A stretch of 64,000 bases of DNA from positions 10,083 to 74,082 of the forward strand of contig JAFSCR010000030.1 of NCBI GenBank assembly GCA_017436645.1. The letters run 5' to 3'. Below the pieces are notes generated by a model, which saw only the letters and a program-made list of their open reading frames with translations, was not told the DNA's origin and ran no database searches. This document shows, piece after piece, positions 18,670 through 27,599 of the stretch (its first letter is position 1; each line of letters starts with the position of its first letter). Both the position numbers and the translations under genes were made by a program. This DNA is from Clostridia bacterium. Its GTDB lineage: Bacteria; Bacillota; Clostridia; UMGS1883; UMGS1540.

Positions 18670-19668
18670 TTATATAATTTCACGCACTTTTTGAATTTTG
18701 CCTGCAAGATGGGCAAAATTATCGGGGGTCAGGGATTGGGCACCGTCACAAAGGGCGTGTGCAGGGTCGTTGTGTACTTCAATCATCAGTCCGTCTGCGC
18801 CTGCCGCCACAGAAGCCATGGCCATGGGTTCTACAAGGCGGGATTTACCCGTGGCATGACTAGGGTCAGCAATAACGGGCAGGTGAGAAAGCTCATGGAG
18901 AAGAGGAATTGCGGAAATATCCATGGTGTTTCTCGTGTAGGTTTCATAGGTGCGGATGCCCCGCTCACAAAGAATGATGTTGCCGTTTCCTTCGCTCATG
19001 ATATATTCGGCACTCATTAAAAATTCTTTTAAGGTGTTTGCAAGGCCACGCTTTAAAAGAATGGTCTTCTTCGTTTTTCCAAGCTCCTTTAAAAGTTCGA
19101 AATTCTGCATATTTCGTGCGCCGACCTGAATGACATCCACATCTTCGAAAAGGGGCAGGTGGTTAGCGTTCATAATTTCCGTTACAATCGGCATGCCCGT
19201 TTCTTTTTTCGCTTCCAATAAATACTCGATGCCGTGGGCCTTAAGACCCTGAAAGTCATAGGGGGAGGTGCGGGGTTTGAAGGCACCGCCACGAAGCAGC
19301 GTGGCGCCTGCCGCTTTTACGCTTTTTGCAACCGCAATCATTTGTTCTCTGGATTCTACCGAGCAGGGGCCTGCAATCATGGCAAAATGGCCGCCGCCGA
19401 TTTTCACACCGCCGATGTCGATTACCGTGTCTTCGGGATGAAAGTTTCGGTTGCACTGCTTGAAGGGGTCAGAAATCCGCTTTACCGTATCTACAATGGC
19501 AAGGCTGTCGAGAAGCTCCATGTCAATCTTGGAGGTGTCACCCACAAGGCCTAAAACGGTATAATCCACGCCATAGGAAGGATGTACCTCAACGCCCTGT
19601 TCCTCAAGCCAGCTCGTCAAATGTGCAATTTGTTCCTTCGATGTGTTCTTTTTAATTACGGCAATCAT
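18670..19668 (-). CDS. aroF: 3-deoxy-7-phosphoheptulonate (DAHP) synthase, type I-beta with an N-terminal ACT/FL regulatory domain
   Basis: The start is chosen at MIAVIKK with RBS AAAGGAG. The KDSA-like TIM barrel carries GPCSVES and LRGGAFKPRTSPY motifs. A regulatory domain of about 70 aa sits at the N-terminus. Confidence 0.9.
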   Translation of the reverse strand: MIAVIKKNTSKEQIAHLTSWLEEQGVEVHPSYGVDYTVLGLVGDTSKIDMELLDSLAIVDTVKRISDPFKQCNRNFHPEDTVIDIGGVKIGGGHFAMIAGPCSVESREQMIAVAKSVKAAGATLLRGGAFKPRTSPYDFQGLKAHGIEYLLEAKKETGMPIVTEIMNANHLPLFEDVDVIQVGARNMQNFELLKELGKTKKTILLKRGLANTLKEFLMSAEYIMSEGNGNIILCERGIRTYETYTRNTMDISAIPLLHELSHLPVIADPSHATGKSRLVEPMAMASVAAGADGLMIEVHNDPAHALCDGAQSLTPDNFAHLAGKIQKVREII

Positions 19669-19701
19669 GATAAACGCTCCTTTAAAAAAGATAAAATAAA
19701 A

Positions 19702-19746
19702 GGCCACACAGAGGATTTCTGTGTAGCCGAATTCGCTTTTGCGGAC
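19702..19746 (-). terminator. intrinsic terminator (attenuator) in the aro operon leader, about 25 nt upstream of the DAHP synthase RBS
   Basis: On the minus strand GGCUACACAGAAAUCCUCUGUGUGGCC forms a 10/11-bp stem and is followed by UUUUAUUUUAUCUUUUUU. Confidence 0.6.
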
Positions 19747-19760
19747 CTTAAAAGTTCTTC

Positions 19761-19850
19761 CTATTTGTCTGCAACACAAAAATCCTTTACTTCGCTGTTT
19801 CTAAAGTAAAAGTAAAAGAAATATTCATATGCAAACGTATTCTTATGCAT
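19761..19850 (-). CDS. candidate aromatic-amino-acid leader peptide (29 aa) containing YEYFFYFYF
   Basis: The ATG at 19850 sits 7 nt after an AAAGGGAAG RBS. The product is MHKNTFAYEYFFYFYFRNSEVKDFCVADK*, in which 8 of 9 consecutive codons are Tyr or Phe. It lies between the promoter and the terminator hairpin. Confidence 0.5.
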   Translation of the reverse strand: MHKNTFAYEYFFYFYFRNSEVKDFCVADK

Positions 19851-19884
19851 AATAGGCTTCCCTTTCAGTTTATTAGATATACCC

Positions 19885-19913
19885 AGTATACTCTCGAGCA
19901 TGCGGTTTGTCAA
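19885..19913 (-). promoter_or_regulatory. sigmaA-type promoter of the aro supraoperon (TTGACA-17-TATACT on the minus strand)
   Basis: The minus strand reads cTTGACAaaccgcatgctcgagagTATACTggg. The leader peptide RBS begins about 25 nt downstream. Confidence 0.5.
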
Positions 19914-19946
19914 GTGTTTTTTTGAAGAATTTATATTTTTTTCGGA

Positions 19947-19975
19947 TTGACAGAAAATACATTCCATAGTATAAT
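19947..19975 (+). promoter_or_regulatory. sigmaA-type promoter for the PPIase gene (TTGACA-17-TATAAT)
   Basis: gaTTGACAgaaaatacattccatagTATAATc, with RBS AAAGGAGA before the ATG at 20006. Confidence 0.5.
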
Positions 19976-20005
19976 CAAAAGAAAAAAGCGTAAAGGAGAA
20001 ACACG

Positions 20006-21232
20006 ATGAATAAGAAGGTTTTAGCCATGCTTTTGGCAGGGCTCGTCCTGTTCACTTCCGCTTCTGCAGCTTCCATGGAGTTTACCGTTGGCGGCACAGC
20101 GCTGAAGGTGGAAAAAGAAGGCGAAATAGAAGAAAAGGCTTTAGAGGCGGCACCGTTTATTAATGCAGAGAGCCGTACTATGGTACCTGTCCGTGCCATT
20201 TCCGAAGCGTTTGGCGCAGAGGTGGGCTGGGATGAGAACAGCCGCACCGTTACGGTAAAGAAAGACGGCGTGGAAATAAAACTTGTAATTGATAAGAATG
20301 AAGCTACGGTAAACGGCGAAGTGAAAAAGCTGGATACCTGTCCCGTTATTGTGGCGGACAGGACAATGGTGCCCCTTCGCTTTATCGGCGAAGCACTTTC
20401 CTGTAATGTACAGTATGCATCCGTTACAAAACAGATTTTAATTGACGACAGCGAGCCGGTGCTTTCTTGCGGCGATCAGACGTTTGGCTTTGCAGAATTT
20501 AAGGCGCTGTACGATGTTTTTTATTTAGGAAATCTGGAGAACGCCACGTCTTCCGGCATGGATGATGCCGCATATGGCCAGCTTGTGGCGCAGATTGCGC
20601 TGAAGACGGCAGAAAACATGCTTTGGATGAAGGCGGCATACCCTGCAGCTGTGCTTTCGGCCGAAGATATAGAAGAACTGCGCCCCATGACGGAAGAAAC
20701 TGCGGCAGTCTTGACCGGGCTGGATGGATATCTCGCATTGATATTTGAAAAGAATCATATCGCTTCCGGCAAACCCGTTCTGCGTCTGGTGCAGGCAACG
20801 GAAGATGTGAAAGCATTTTATGAAGAAAACTACGTTTTGGCAAAACACGTTCTGGTATTCGATGAAGCATCAGCCAATATGATTTATGAAAAGGCTGTGA
20901 GCGGTGCGGATTTTGATATCCTGGTGGCGGAAAACGGTCAGGATACCGGCATGCTGACAAACCCCGAAGGCTATGTTTTCACAAAAGGTGAAATGGTGGC
21001 AGAATTTGAGGAAGCCACTTTTGCCGCCGCCATAGGTGAGATTACAAAACCCGTTAAGAGCGAATTCGGCTACCATGTTATACAGCGCCTGCCCCTTCCC
21101 GCTTTTTCGGCAGAACAGGCAGAGTTGGTTTCCGCCAGAATTGCAAATGCAAAACTGGAACAAACGGAAAAACCGAAAACCGTGATGGAAATTGAAACGC
21201 TTTATGAAAAACTGGGCGTAAATACAAAATAA
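20006..21232 (+). CDS. secreted PpiC/parvulin-type peptidyl-prolyl isomerase (PrsA-like) with an N-terminal copper-amine-oxidase-like (stalk) domain
   Basis: A signal peptide is followed by a Cu_amine_oxidN1-like repeat (PFINAESRTMVPVRAISEAFGAEVGWDENSRTVTV; VIVADRTMVPLRFIGEAL). The C-terminal rotamase domain contains GEITKPVKSEFGYHVIQRL. Confidence 0.75.
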   Translation: MNKKVLAMLLAGLVLFTSASAASMEFTVGGTALKVEKEGEIEEKALEAAPFINAESRTMVPVRAISEAFGAEVGWDENSRTVTVKKDGVEIKLVIDKNEATVNGEVKKLDTCPVIVADRTMVPLRFIGEALSCNVQYASVTKQILIDDSEPVLSCGDQTFGFAEFKALYDVFYLGNLENATSSGMDDAAYGQLVAQIALKTAENMLWMKAAYPAAVLSAEDIEELRPMTEETAAVLTGLDGYLALIFEKNHIASGKPVLRLVQATEDVKAFYEENYVLAKHVLVFDEASANMIYEKAVSGADFDILVAENGQDTGMLTNPEGYVFTKGEMVAEFEEATFAAAIGEITKPVKSEFGYHVIQRLPLPAFSAEQAELVSARIANAKLEQTEKPKTVMEIETLYEKLGVNTK

Positions 21233-21235
21233 AGA

Positions 21236-21270
21236 AGAGGGTGTAAATTTTACACCCTCTTTTTTATTTG
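21236..21270. terminator. bidirectional terminator hairpin
   Basis: aagagggtgtaaattttacaccctctt with flanking A/T runs. Confidence 0.6.
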
Positions 21271-21767
21271 GCTTCTACAATTTTAATATTTGCGGCCGGA
21301 ATGCCTGTTTGCCCTGTGATAATGTCCACAATTTTGGCAACATCCGCCTCTTCCAGTTTTTCCGCTTTCACGATGACGGTGGCACTTTCATCATGAATAT
21401 ATACAACCGCATCGGAAAAGCCTTTGGCCATAATCATGCTTTCCACGCTGGATTCTGTTTCGGAAAGGCGGGAAAGCTTTACCATTTCCGCCTCTGCCAT
21501 GGCACGTCCTTCTGCACTTGTGGAAGTATCCTGTACCATGGTCTGGAGAGAGGCAACGCTTTGCGACCTGCCGATTTCACGTTCCAGCCTTGCTTCGCTG
21601 AAGAAATCTGACGTGTCCGAACTGTCATTGCTAACAAGACGGACCTCTCCGAGCGTTTCACCCGGGCCGTTTTCTGAATTTCCGTAGGAAAAATTCAGAT
21701 ACCCTGCAATCGCCACCATGGCGGCAATCCCGACAATGAGGACTTGTTTCTTTTTCAGTACAACCAT
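21264..21767 (-). CDS. spoIIIAH: stage III sporulation protein AH
   Basis: It is the last gene of the spoIIIA operon. It has an N-terminal TM helix, an acidic linker and a C-terminal YscJ/FliF-like domain. Confidence 0.8.
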   Translation of the reverse strand: MVVLKKKQVLIVGIAAMVAIAGYLNFSYGNSENGPGETLGEVRLVSNDSSDTSDFFSEARLEREIGRSQSVASLQTMVQDTSTSAEGRAMAEAEMVKLSRLSETESSVESMIMAKGFSDAVVYIHDESATVIVKAEKLEEADVAKIVDIITGQTGIPAANIKIVEAK

Positions 21768-21783
21768 CTAAACCATCCTTTCT

Positions 21784-22260
21784 TTATTTCAAAGGGAATA
21801 CTGCAATGCTGTATGGCGGGGCACCGGAAAGCGCACCGACAGCGGACAGAATATCCGCACGGACGCTTTTGCTTTTTGCACCCTCTGCCACAACAATTAC
21901 GCCCCGCACTCTGGGGCTGATTTCTTTTGTGGCAGCAACTTTGGCGGAAGAGCCGGAGCCTAAAGTTACCACGGAATCCGAATCGCCGTGAGAGTTTACG
22001 GCGGGCACGGTTTCAGGGCCGGTCTCATATGTGACTGCCACCCGCACCTTGCCCACGCCTTGTATATTGGATAATATACGCTCAAGCTTTTTTTCAAGAA
22101 TCTGACCGTCCGGCGGGGACGTGGAAATGCTTTCCGTTTTTTCTTTTGGACTGCAACCGGCAAACGCCAATAACAGGATACAGATACTTACTATGCCGTA
22201 AAGGAGATAAATATTCTTCTTTTTCGAGAAAAAAGTTTCCGCATTATCGAATTTCCACAC
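21784..22260 (-). CDS. spoIIIAG: stage III sporulation protein AG
   Basis: An N-terminal TM helix and the C-terminal RGVIVVAEGAKS motif are typical of SpoIIIAG. Confidence 0.85.
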   Translation of the reverse strand: MWKFDNAETFFSKKKNIYLLYGIVSICILLLAFAGCSPKEKTESISTSPPDGQILEKKLERILSNIQGVGKVRVAVTYETGPETVPAVNSHGDSDSVVTLGSGSSAKVAATKEISPRVRGVIVVAEGAKSKSVRADILSAVGALSGAPPYSIAVFPLK

Positions 22261-22663
22261 AGCTTCTTGGCACCTCCAGTTCTATTGTAATATAATGCAT
22301 CATGCGATTTGTAACGTTTCCCGAAAGAACAATGCGGGAAACGGAGAAATTTTTGCCCAGGGAAACTTCTGCAGTAGCATCGCCGAATTTTTCTATGGAA
22401 GCCTCTATACGGCGGACATATTCTTCGGCCACCTTCGTTTCAAAGGCATGTTCGGATGCGGCTGCTTCCACTTGGGGGAGAAGGTCGTAAAGCGCCTCGC
22501 CGCCGCCACTAAAAAGAGAAATGCATGGCAGAAGAACGGATGCGGTGACGGCAAGGGATAAAAGCGGTGCGGCAAACCGACGGACCTTGCCCGCAGGCAG
22601 CAGAAATTCAAAAACAGCACTGAAAAGCGAAATGGAAAGTAACCTTAAAAGATAAGCTCTCAC
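22244..22663 (-). CDS. spoIIIAF: stage III sporulation protein AF
   Basis: The product has two N-terminal TM helices and a soluble C-terminal domain, and sits at the expected operon position. Confidence 0.8.
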   Translation of the reverse strand: MRAYLLRLLSISLFSAVFEFLLPAGKVRRFAAPLLSLAVTASVLLPCISLFSGGGEALYDLLPQVEAAASEHAFETKVAEEYVRRIEASIEKFGDATAEVSLGKNFSVSRIVLSGNVTNRMMHYITIELEVPRSCVEIR

Positions 22664-23769
22664 CTTAGCATCACCCCCATGTCACCTATGCGGAGAAGCA
22701 TCCCTACGGAAAGCATGGAAAGCATACCTGCCGCCGCCGTCATGCCCGAGAGGGCAGAGAGCATATCCGCCATGTCGGAAAAGGCCGAAGAGATACGTGT
22801 ATCAGCGGCGGTGCTTGACAGGGCGGCAGCCAGACGATAGGCAAAGGAATGGAGAATGGTTTTTATAACGGGATATAATGTGAGAAGGAGAATGAGAAGC
22901 ATGCCGGCACCCCCTGCTGCATTTTTAACGGTCAAGGCGCTGAAACTGACGGCTTCCGCCGACTCGGACAATATGCCGCCAAGGACCGGAACAAGACTGC
23001 CAACGGCAAATTTGATGCCCTTTGCCGCCACACCGCCCAAAGTGCCGGCGGCATACCCCGTTACGCTGATGACAGCCCCGAAAACCGTCAGGCTTCCCGT
23101 CACAACAAAAAATGCACACTTTCTGATGAGGGCGGAAAGCTTTCTGAGAACGGTATGGGAGGAAAGACCGGAAATCACCGAAAGGGAGAGAGAAACATAA
23201 AGGGAGGGAATCCCGATGCGGGAAAGAAGGAGCGAGGAAGCGGAAGAGGCAGCCAGAAGAAGGGGGTGCACCGCTGCGGCGCCACCGCCCGTACCGACAG
23301 ACAAAACGGCCAGCGAAGGCATAACCGAATTTGTAAATGCGGCCATGTCCTGCGAAAATCCGCGTGCCAGCTCTGCCGCATCGCCTACCGCTGCAATCGC
23401 AAGGCCAATGGATGCGGCATACGTGATTAAAAATGCCATTTCCGAAGTACTGCCATCACCGCCGAGCCGCCCGAGAAGGCTGCAAAGCACCGCAACGGCT
23501 GCCGCTGTGAGGGGAACAGAGAGGCTTGTGCCTGCTTCCTGAAAGAAAAACGAAACGAGGCCGTTCCAAAGACGGTGCAGAAAGCCTGCGTCACTGTTTT
23601 CAGACAGAGATTGTACCGCCGAGCGGAAGTCAAAATCCGGCATGACAGACTGAATTTGTGCCTGCCCCCGGGGACTGAGACCGTCGGCAGCATTGTATAT
23701 TTCTTCTTCGGCTGTGGCCGAGAGGGGGAAAAGACAAACAAGAAGTAAAGCAATAAATATTTTTCGCAT
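22660..23769 (-). CDS. spoIIIAE: stage III sporulation protein AE (polytopic membrane protein with a signal peptide)
   Basis: It has a signal peptide and multiple TM helices and sits at the expected operon position with a 4-nt overlap. Confidence 0.85.
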   Translation of the reverse strand: MRKIFIALLLVCLFPLSATAEEEIYNAADGLSPRGQAQIQSVMPDFDFRSAVQSLSENSDAGFLHRLWNGLVSFFFQEAGTSLSVPLTAAAVAVLCSLLGRLGGDGSTSEMAFLITYAASIGLAIAAVGDAAELARGFSQDMAAFTNSVMPSLAVLSVGTGGGAAAVHPLLLAASSASSLLLSRIGIPSLYVSLSLSVISGLSSHTVLRKLSALIRKCAFFVVTGSLTVFGAVISVTGYAAGTLGGVAAKGIKFAVGSLVPVLGGILSESAEAVSFSALTVKNAAGGAGMLLILLLTLYPVIKTILHSFAYRLAAALSSTAADTRISSAFSDMADMLSALSGMTAAAGMLSMLSVGMLLRIGDMGVMLR

Positions 23770-23782
23770 CGTATCCTTCTTT

Positions 23783-24169
23783 CTAGGGGATTACCGTGAT
23801 AACTGTTTCAAAAAACGAAGTGATGAGAGGCAGAGAAATTCCAAGAATAATGAGTTTCCCCGCCATTTCCAGATTTTGTGCAAGAGCGCCCTCGCCTGCA
23901 TCCCGACAAAGTGCCGCCGTACACTCTGTAATAAACGTGATGCCGATTACTTTTAAAAGCGCATCCATAAACGGAATGTGCAGACTGACTTTTTCCGACA
24001 TTGCCTCGGCAAACAGAAATGCATCCCGAAGATAGGGAATTGTATAAAACAGCAAAAGGCATCCGCCTGTAAGGGTGACGGGCACGGCGAGAGGACTTTT
24101 ATACTGTTTTAAAAGAACGGCGGATAATGCCGTGACAACCGAAATGGCGCAAAGCCGCAGGATTTCCAA
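23783..24169 (-). CDS. spoIIIAD: stage III sporulation protein AD
   Basis: The 128-aa product has four TM helices and the SpoIIIAD pattern. Confidence 0.85.
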   Translation of the reverse strand: MEILRLCAISVVTALSAVLLKQYKSPLAVPVTLTGGCLLLFYTIPYLRDAFLFAEAMSEKVSLHIPFMDALLKVIGITFITECTAALCRDAGEGALAQNLEMAGKLIILGISLPLITSFFETVITVIP

Positions 24170-24182
24170 CTTTAAATGCCTC

Positions 24183-24377
24183 CTAAAGACCGAAAATGCT
24201 TTTTATGGTTTCAAAAAGGGTACTGATTTCTTTGACAAGAATCATCAGCACCACGATAAGGCCGGCAAGGGTAGTCAGCATTGCCTGCTCTTCCCGTCCG
24301 CTCCGGACGAGAAGCTGATGCAGAACAGAAACAATAATGCCGATGGCGGCAATGCGAAAAATCAAATCTACGTCCAT
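24183..24377 (-). CDS. spoIIIAC: stage III sporulation protein AC
   Basis: The 64-aa product has two TM helices and begins MDVDLIFRIAAIGI. Confidence 0.85.
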   Translation of the reverse strand: MDVDLIFRIAAIGIIVSVLHQLLVRSGREEQAMLTTLAGLIVVLMILVKEISTLFETIKSIFGL

Positions 24378-24386
24378 ATTCGCTCC

Positions 24387-24869
24387 TTAAAAAAGTAAAA
24401 TCACAACGAGCAGCCCAAGCATCATGCCGCCGCCTGAATATAGGCGGCCGAGCCGTGCAGCATCGAGCTGGGCGGCTGAATAGATTGCCGAAAGCCTTTT
24501 GCGACATGCAGAAAGGTTTTGCAGCTGTCCTCTTTCATCGGTGGCTGTAAGACCGACGCTGAAAACAGAGAGGACCTCCCGTTCCGCTTTTTCCAGATGA
24601 TCTTCTTCTATTGCTTTTGAAAAGGCGGAGCCTATGTCCGTTTCCATTGCAAGACGTGCCGCATTTTGGAAAAGCGGGTCATATCTGCCTGCTTCCGAAA
24701 GGGCGAAGGGGATGGGAGAAAGGCAGGTGCGGATTTCGCCTTCCATGCATAAAAGACCGTCCAAAATTTTACCGAGCCGTGTGGCACGGCTTTTCAGGCG
24801 GACTCGTTTTCCAAGCCCGATGCACCACATACTGCCTATAAGCAGAACAGCCACTGCACACTTTAACAT
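24387..24869 (-). CDS. spoIIIAB: stage III sporulation protein AB
   Basis: The 160-aa product carries a GspF-like domain flanked by an N-terminal and a C-terminal TM helix. Confidence 0.85.
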   Translation of the reverse strand: MLKCAVAVLLIGSMWCIGLGKRVRLKSRATRLGKILDGLLCMEGEIRTCLSPIPFALSEAGRYDPLFQNAARLAMETDIGSAFSKAIEEDHLEKAEREVLSVFSVGLTATDERGQLQNLSACRKRLSAIYSAAQLDAARLGRLYSGGGMMLGLLVVILLF

Positions 24870-24963
24870 GTCACATCACCTCTTTCTGTGACTATCGTAT
24901 GAAGGCCCGTCCCCATTTATGATTAAAAATACGGCTGCCAAAGAAACGAAATCTTGTATTTTG

Positions 24964-24992
24964 TTGACAAAACAATGAACTTACAGTATAAT
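24964..24992 (+). promoter_or_regulatory. sigmaA-type promoter (TTGACA-17-TATAAT) for the zinc-ribbon protein gene
   Basis: TTGACAaaacaatgaacttacagTATAAT, followed by RBS AAAGGGGAAA. Confidence 0.5.
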
Positions 24993-25029
24993 AAAATTAG
25001 AAACGCTGAAGAAGAAAGGGGAAATATAT

Positions 25030-26871
25030 ATGTTTTGCAGAAATTGCGGTAATGCCATAGGCGAAGGCGTAAAATTTTGCAACAAGTGCGGCACACGGGT
25101 TTTAACCGAAAGTGCAGCCGAAGAGGTAACGGCTAACGTAGAGGCAGCCATGCCTTCAGAACCCGAAATACCGGAAGCGGCGTCGGCTAAGGTGGAAACG
25201 GTGGTGGAAACGATGCAGCCGCCCATGAATGAAACACCGGAAAAACCGGCAAAAAAGAAAGGCGGATTTAAGACAAAAGCCATTGTTGCATGCATTTTGG
25301 CCGCTGTGATTTTAACAACCTCAGGCCTTGCGGCACTTTTTGTACCGAGCGTGGGGAACTTCTTTGCCAAAACAGTTATGCCTGCCGACAAGTATTTTGC
25401 ATATGTGCAGAAAAACAATGCCGAAACGCTGGCGGCGGACCTTTCGTCCATGATCAGCATGCTTGGTACGAAAAAATATACTATTTCTGCGGCGACAGCC
25501 GATGCGGAAATTACAATTGGTGAAGGCATGAAAGAACTTCTGCGGACGGAGGGTGGTTCCGAAGCGGCAGAAGTCCTCGGCTGGATTCAAACGATTGGCA
25601 TGCACATGGATGCAGACATAACCGGCAACGTATACGGAACAAACAGCAGCGTCAGCATTAATGGTAAAGCATTTATCAATGCCAAAATGATTTGGGATAT
25701 GGAAAGGGGATATATCTATCTTTCTTTACCCGGTATTCAGGACCAGGCATTGCAGCTTTATACAGGTATCACCCTGTCCCAGGCTGATTACGATAAACTG
25801 GCAAGCACAGTAGGCCGCTTTGTCGAGATTGTTCCGGATGAAAAAACTCTTGAAAAAATGCTGACAAGATACATATCCGCAATAACAGACGAGGTAACGA
25901 ATGCGGAGAAGAAATCTGAGACCATCAAGGCAGGCGAGGTTTCCCAGAGAGTTACTCGCATTGATGTGCCCATTACGGAAAAAATGATGGTCAACGTCGC
26001 AAAAGCCGTTCTTGCAGAAGTGAAAAAAGATGGCGATATCAAGGATATTATCAAAAAATTTGATGCACTCGCAGAAGAACTCGGTGTATCCTTTGATGCA
26101 GACAAGGTATGGGATGAACTGGTAGAAGATATTAACGAAACCATGGAAGACCTTAAAGAGGCAGACCCGTCCGCAAAGAAACTGGGCACGCTCAAATGCT
26201 GGGTGGATGCAAGCGGTGACATCGTCGGCCTCGGGTTCCGTGCGGATGAAGTGGAACTGAAGGCATATGCAGTTGAAAAAGGCGATCAGTATGGCGTATA
26301 TATGCTGGCAGATGCAGGCGGAAGAGTATATAAGCTTGACGGTGGCGGTGTCGTTTCCGGCGACAAGCGCAGCGGCGAGTTTAATCTCTCCGTTGGCGGA
26401 AGCAATATCGTAAAGGTGACACTTTCGGATGTTGACGATGCAAAGCTTAAGAATGCAGGACTCTTCAGCGGAAAACTCACCATTGAGCCTGCTGATTCCA
26501 TTAGTGGACTTTTAGGCATGGCGGGCGGCGATGCTGCACGCTACTTAAGAGGTGCAAAGTTTGTACTTACATCGGATATGGTTTCCGATTACGAAGGCAC
26601 GGCTGAAATGGAAGTGCATCTTGGCGGCAAGCATTTTGTCACCATGAAAGTGAATGCAAAAGTCAAGGATGGATCCGGCCTCGTACAGATTCCTGCGGAT
26701 TATACCGGCGAATATGATGCGGAAAGCTGGGCTGCAGGTATGAATCAGGGAGAACTTGGGGCTGCACTTGAGAAGGTAGATGCACCGGAGGAAGTAAAGC
26801 GCAAGTTGGTGGCACCGCCGGCACCGACTGAAACGGAAGTAACATTCGGCACGGGCGTAGCGCTTCCGTAA
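25030..26871 (+). CDS. zinc-ribbon domain membrane protein with a large extracytoplasmic domain (hypothetical)
   Basis: An N-terminal CxxC-x13-CxxC zinc ribbon (CRNCGN...CNKCGT) is followed by a Pro/Glu-rich linker, a single TM helix and an extracellular domain of about 500 aa with no recognisable catalytic motifs. Confidence 0.7.
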   Translation: MFCRNCGNAIGEGVKFCNKCGTRVLTESAAEEVTANVEAAMPSEPEIPEAASAKVETVVETMQPPMNETPEKPAKKKGGFKTKAIVACILAAVILTTSGLAALFVPSVGNFFAKTVMPADKYFAYVQKNNAETLAADLSSMISMLGTKKYTISAATADAEITIGEGMKELLRTEGGSEAAEVLGWIQTIGMHMDADITGNVYGTNSSVSINGKAFINAKMIWDMERGYIYLSLPGIQDQALQLYTGITLSQADYDKLASTVGRFVEIVPDEKTLEKMLTRYISAITDEVTNAEKKSETIKAGEVSQRVTRIDVPITEKMMVNVAKAVLAEVKKDGDIKDIIKKFDALAEELGVSFDADKVWDELVEDINETMEDLKEADPSAKKLGTLKCWVDASGDIVGLGFRADEVELKAYAVEKGDQYGVYMLADAGGRVYKLDGGGVVSGDKRSGEFNLSVGGSNIVKVTLSDVDDAKLKNAGLFSGKLTIEPADSISGLLGMAGGDAARYLRGAKFVLTSDMVSDYEGTAEMEVHLGGKHFVTMKVNAKVKDGSGLVQIPADYTGEYDAESWAAGMNQGELGAALEKVDAPEEVKRKLVAPPAPTETEVTFGTGVALP

Positions 26872-26936
26872 ACGGATACAATCAATCCATAACAGGGGTC
26901 GGCTTTTTCCGGCCCCTTTTTAAAAGAGGCTACAAG

Positions 26937-27599
26937 ATGAAAATAGAGCATATTCAAAAAAACTATGGCAAAAAAGTAGTGCTGCGGGATATTACCCTTT
27001 CAGCCGAAAAAGGGTCTTGCATCGGCATTCTGGGCGGAAACGGCAGCGGAAAATCCACACTGCTAAATATTCTTGCAGGCGTTCTTCGGACAGATGGTGG
27101 CTCCTTTTCTTATGACGGACATGATTTACTGCGTGATACGGCCTTTCGCACAAAGCATGTTGGTTTTGTGCCGCAAAGTACGCCGCTCATGGAAGAACTT
27201 TCAGCACGGGATAATTTGCGGTTGTGGTATGAAAAAGAGGAAATGGAAGCGTCACTTTCGGACGGGGTTCTTGCCATGCTCGGCATAGGGGATTTCCTGA
27301 AGGTTCGTGTGGAAAAGATGTCAGGCGGCATGAAAAAACGGCTTGCCATTGGCTGTGCGGTGGCGCATAATCCGGATGTTCTTCTTCTGGACGAACCCAG
27401 TGCGGCGCTGGACCTTGTGTGCAAAGAACGGATTGCAACGTACTTAAAATCGTTTAAAGAAGAGGGCGGCATTATTCTTCTGGCTACACATGATGTGCAG
27501 GAACTGCCGCTTTGTGATGCACTCTATATCCTGAAAAACGGCAGGCTTGCGCCTTATGTTTTTGATGGCGATGTACACAGATTGGTGGGTAAACTGTAA
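26937..27599 (+). CDS. ABC transporter ATP-binding protein
   Basis: Walker A GGNGSGKST, the signature motif MSGGMKKRLAI and Walker B LLLDEPSAALD are present. Confidence 0.9.
   Translation: MKIEHIQKNYGKKVVLRDITLSAEKGSCIGILGGNGSGKSTLLNILAGVLRTDGGSFSYDGHDLLRDTAFRTKHVGFVPQSTPLMEELSARDNLRLWYEKEEMEASLSDGVLAMLGIGDFLKVRVEKMSGGMKKRLAIGCAVAHNPDVLLLDEPSAALDLVCKERIATYLKSFKEEGGIILLATHDVQELPLCDALYILKNGRLAPYVFDGDVHRLVGKL

Noticed and set aside
19761-19967. The 68-aa version of the leader ORF given in the six-frame track (starting MECIFCQ...)
   Set aside because: Its start lies upstream of the predicted promoter -35 element and has no RBS. The in-frame ATG at 19850, which has an AAAGGGAAG RBS and lies downstream of the promoter, is the plausible start (29 aa).
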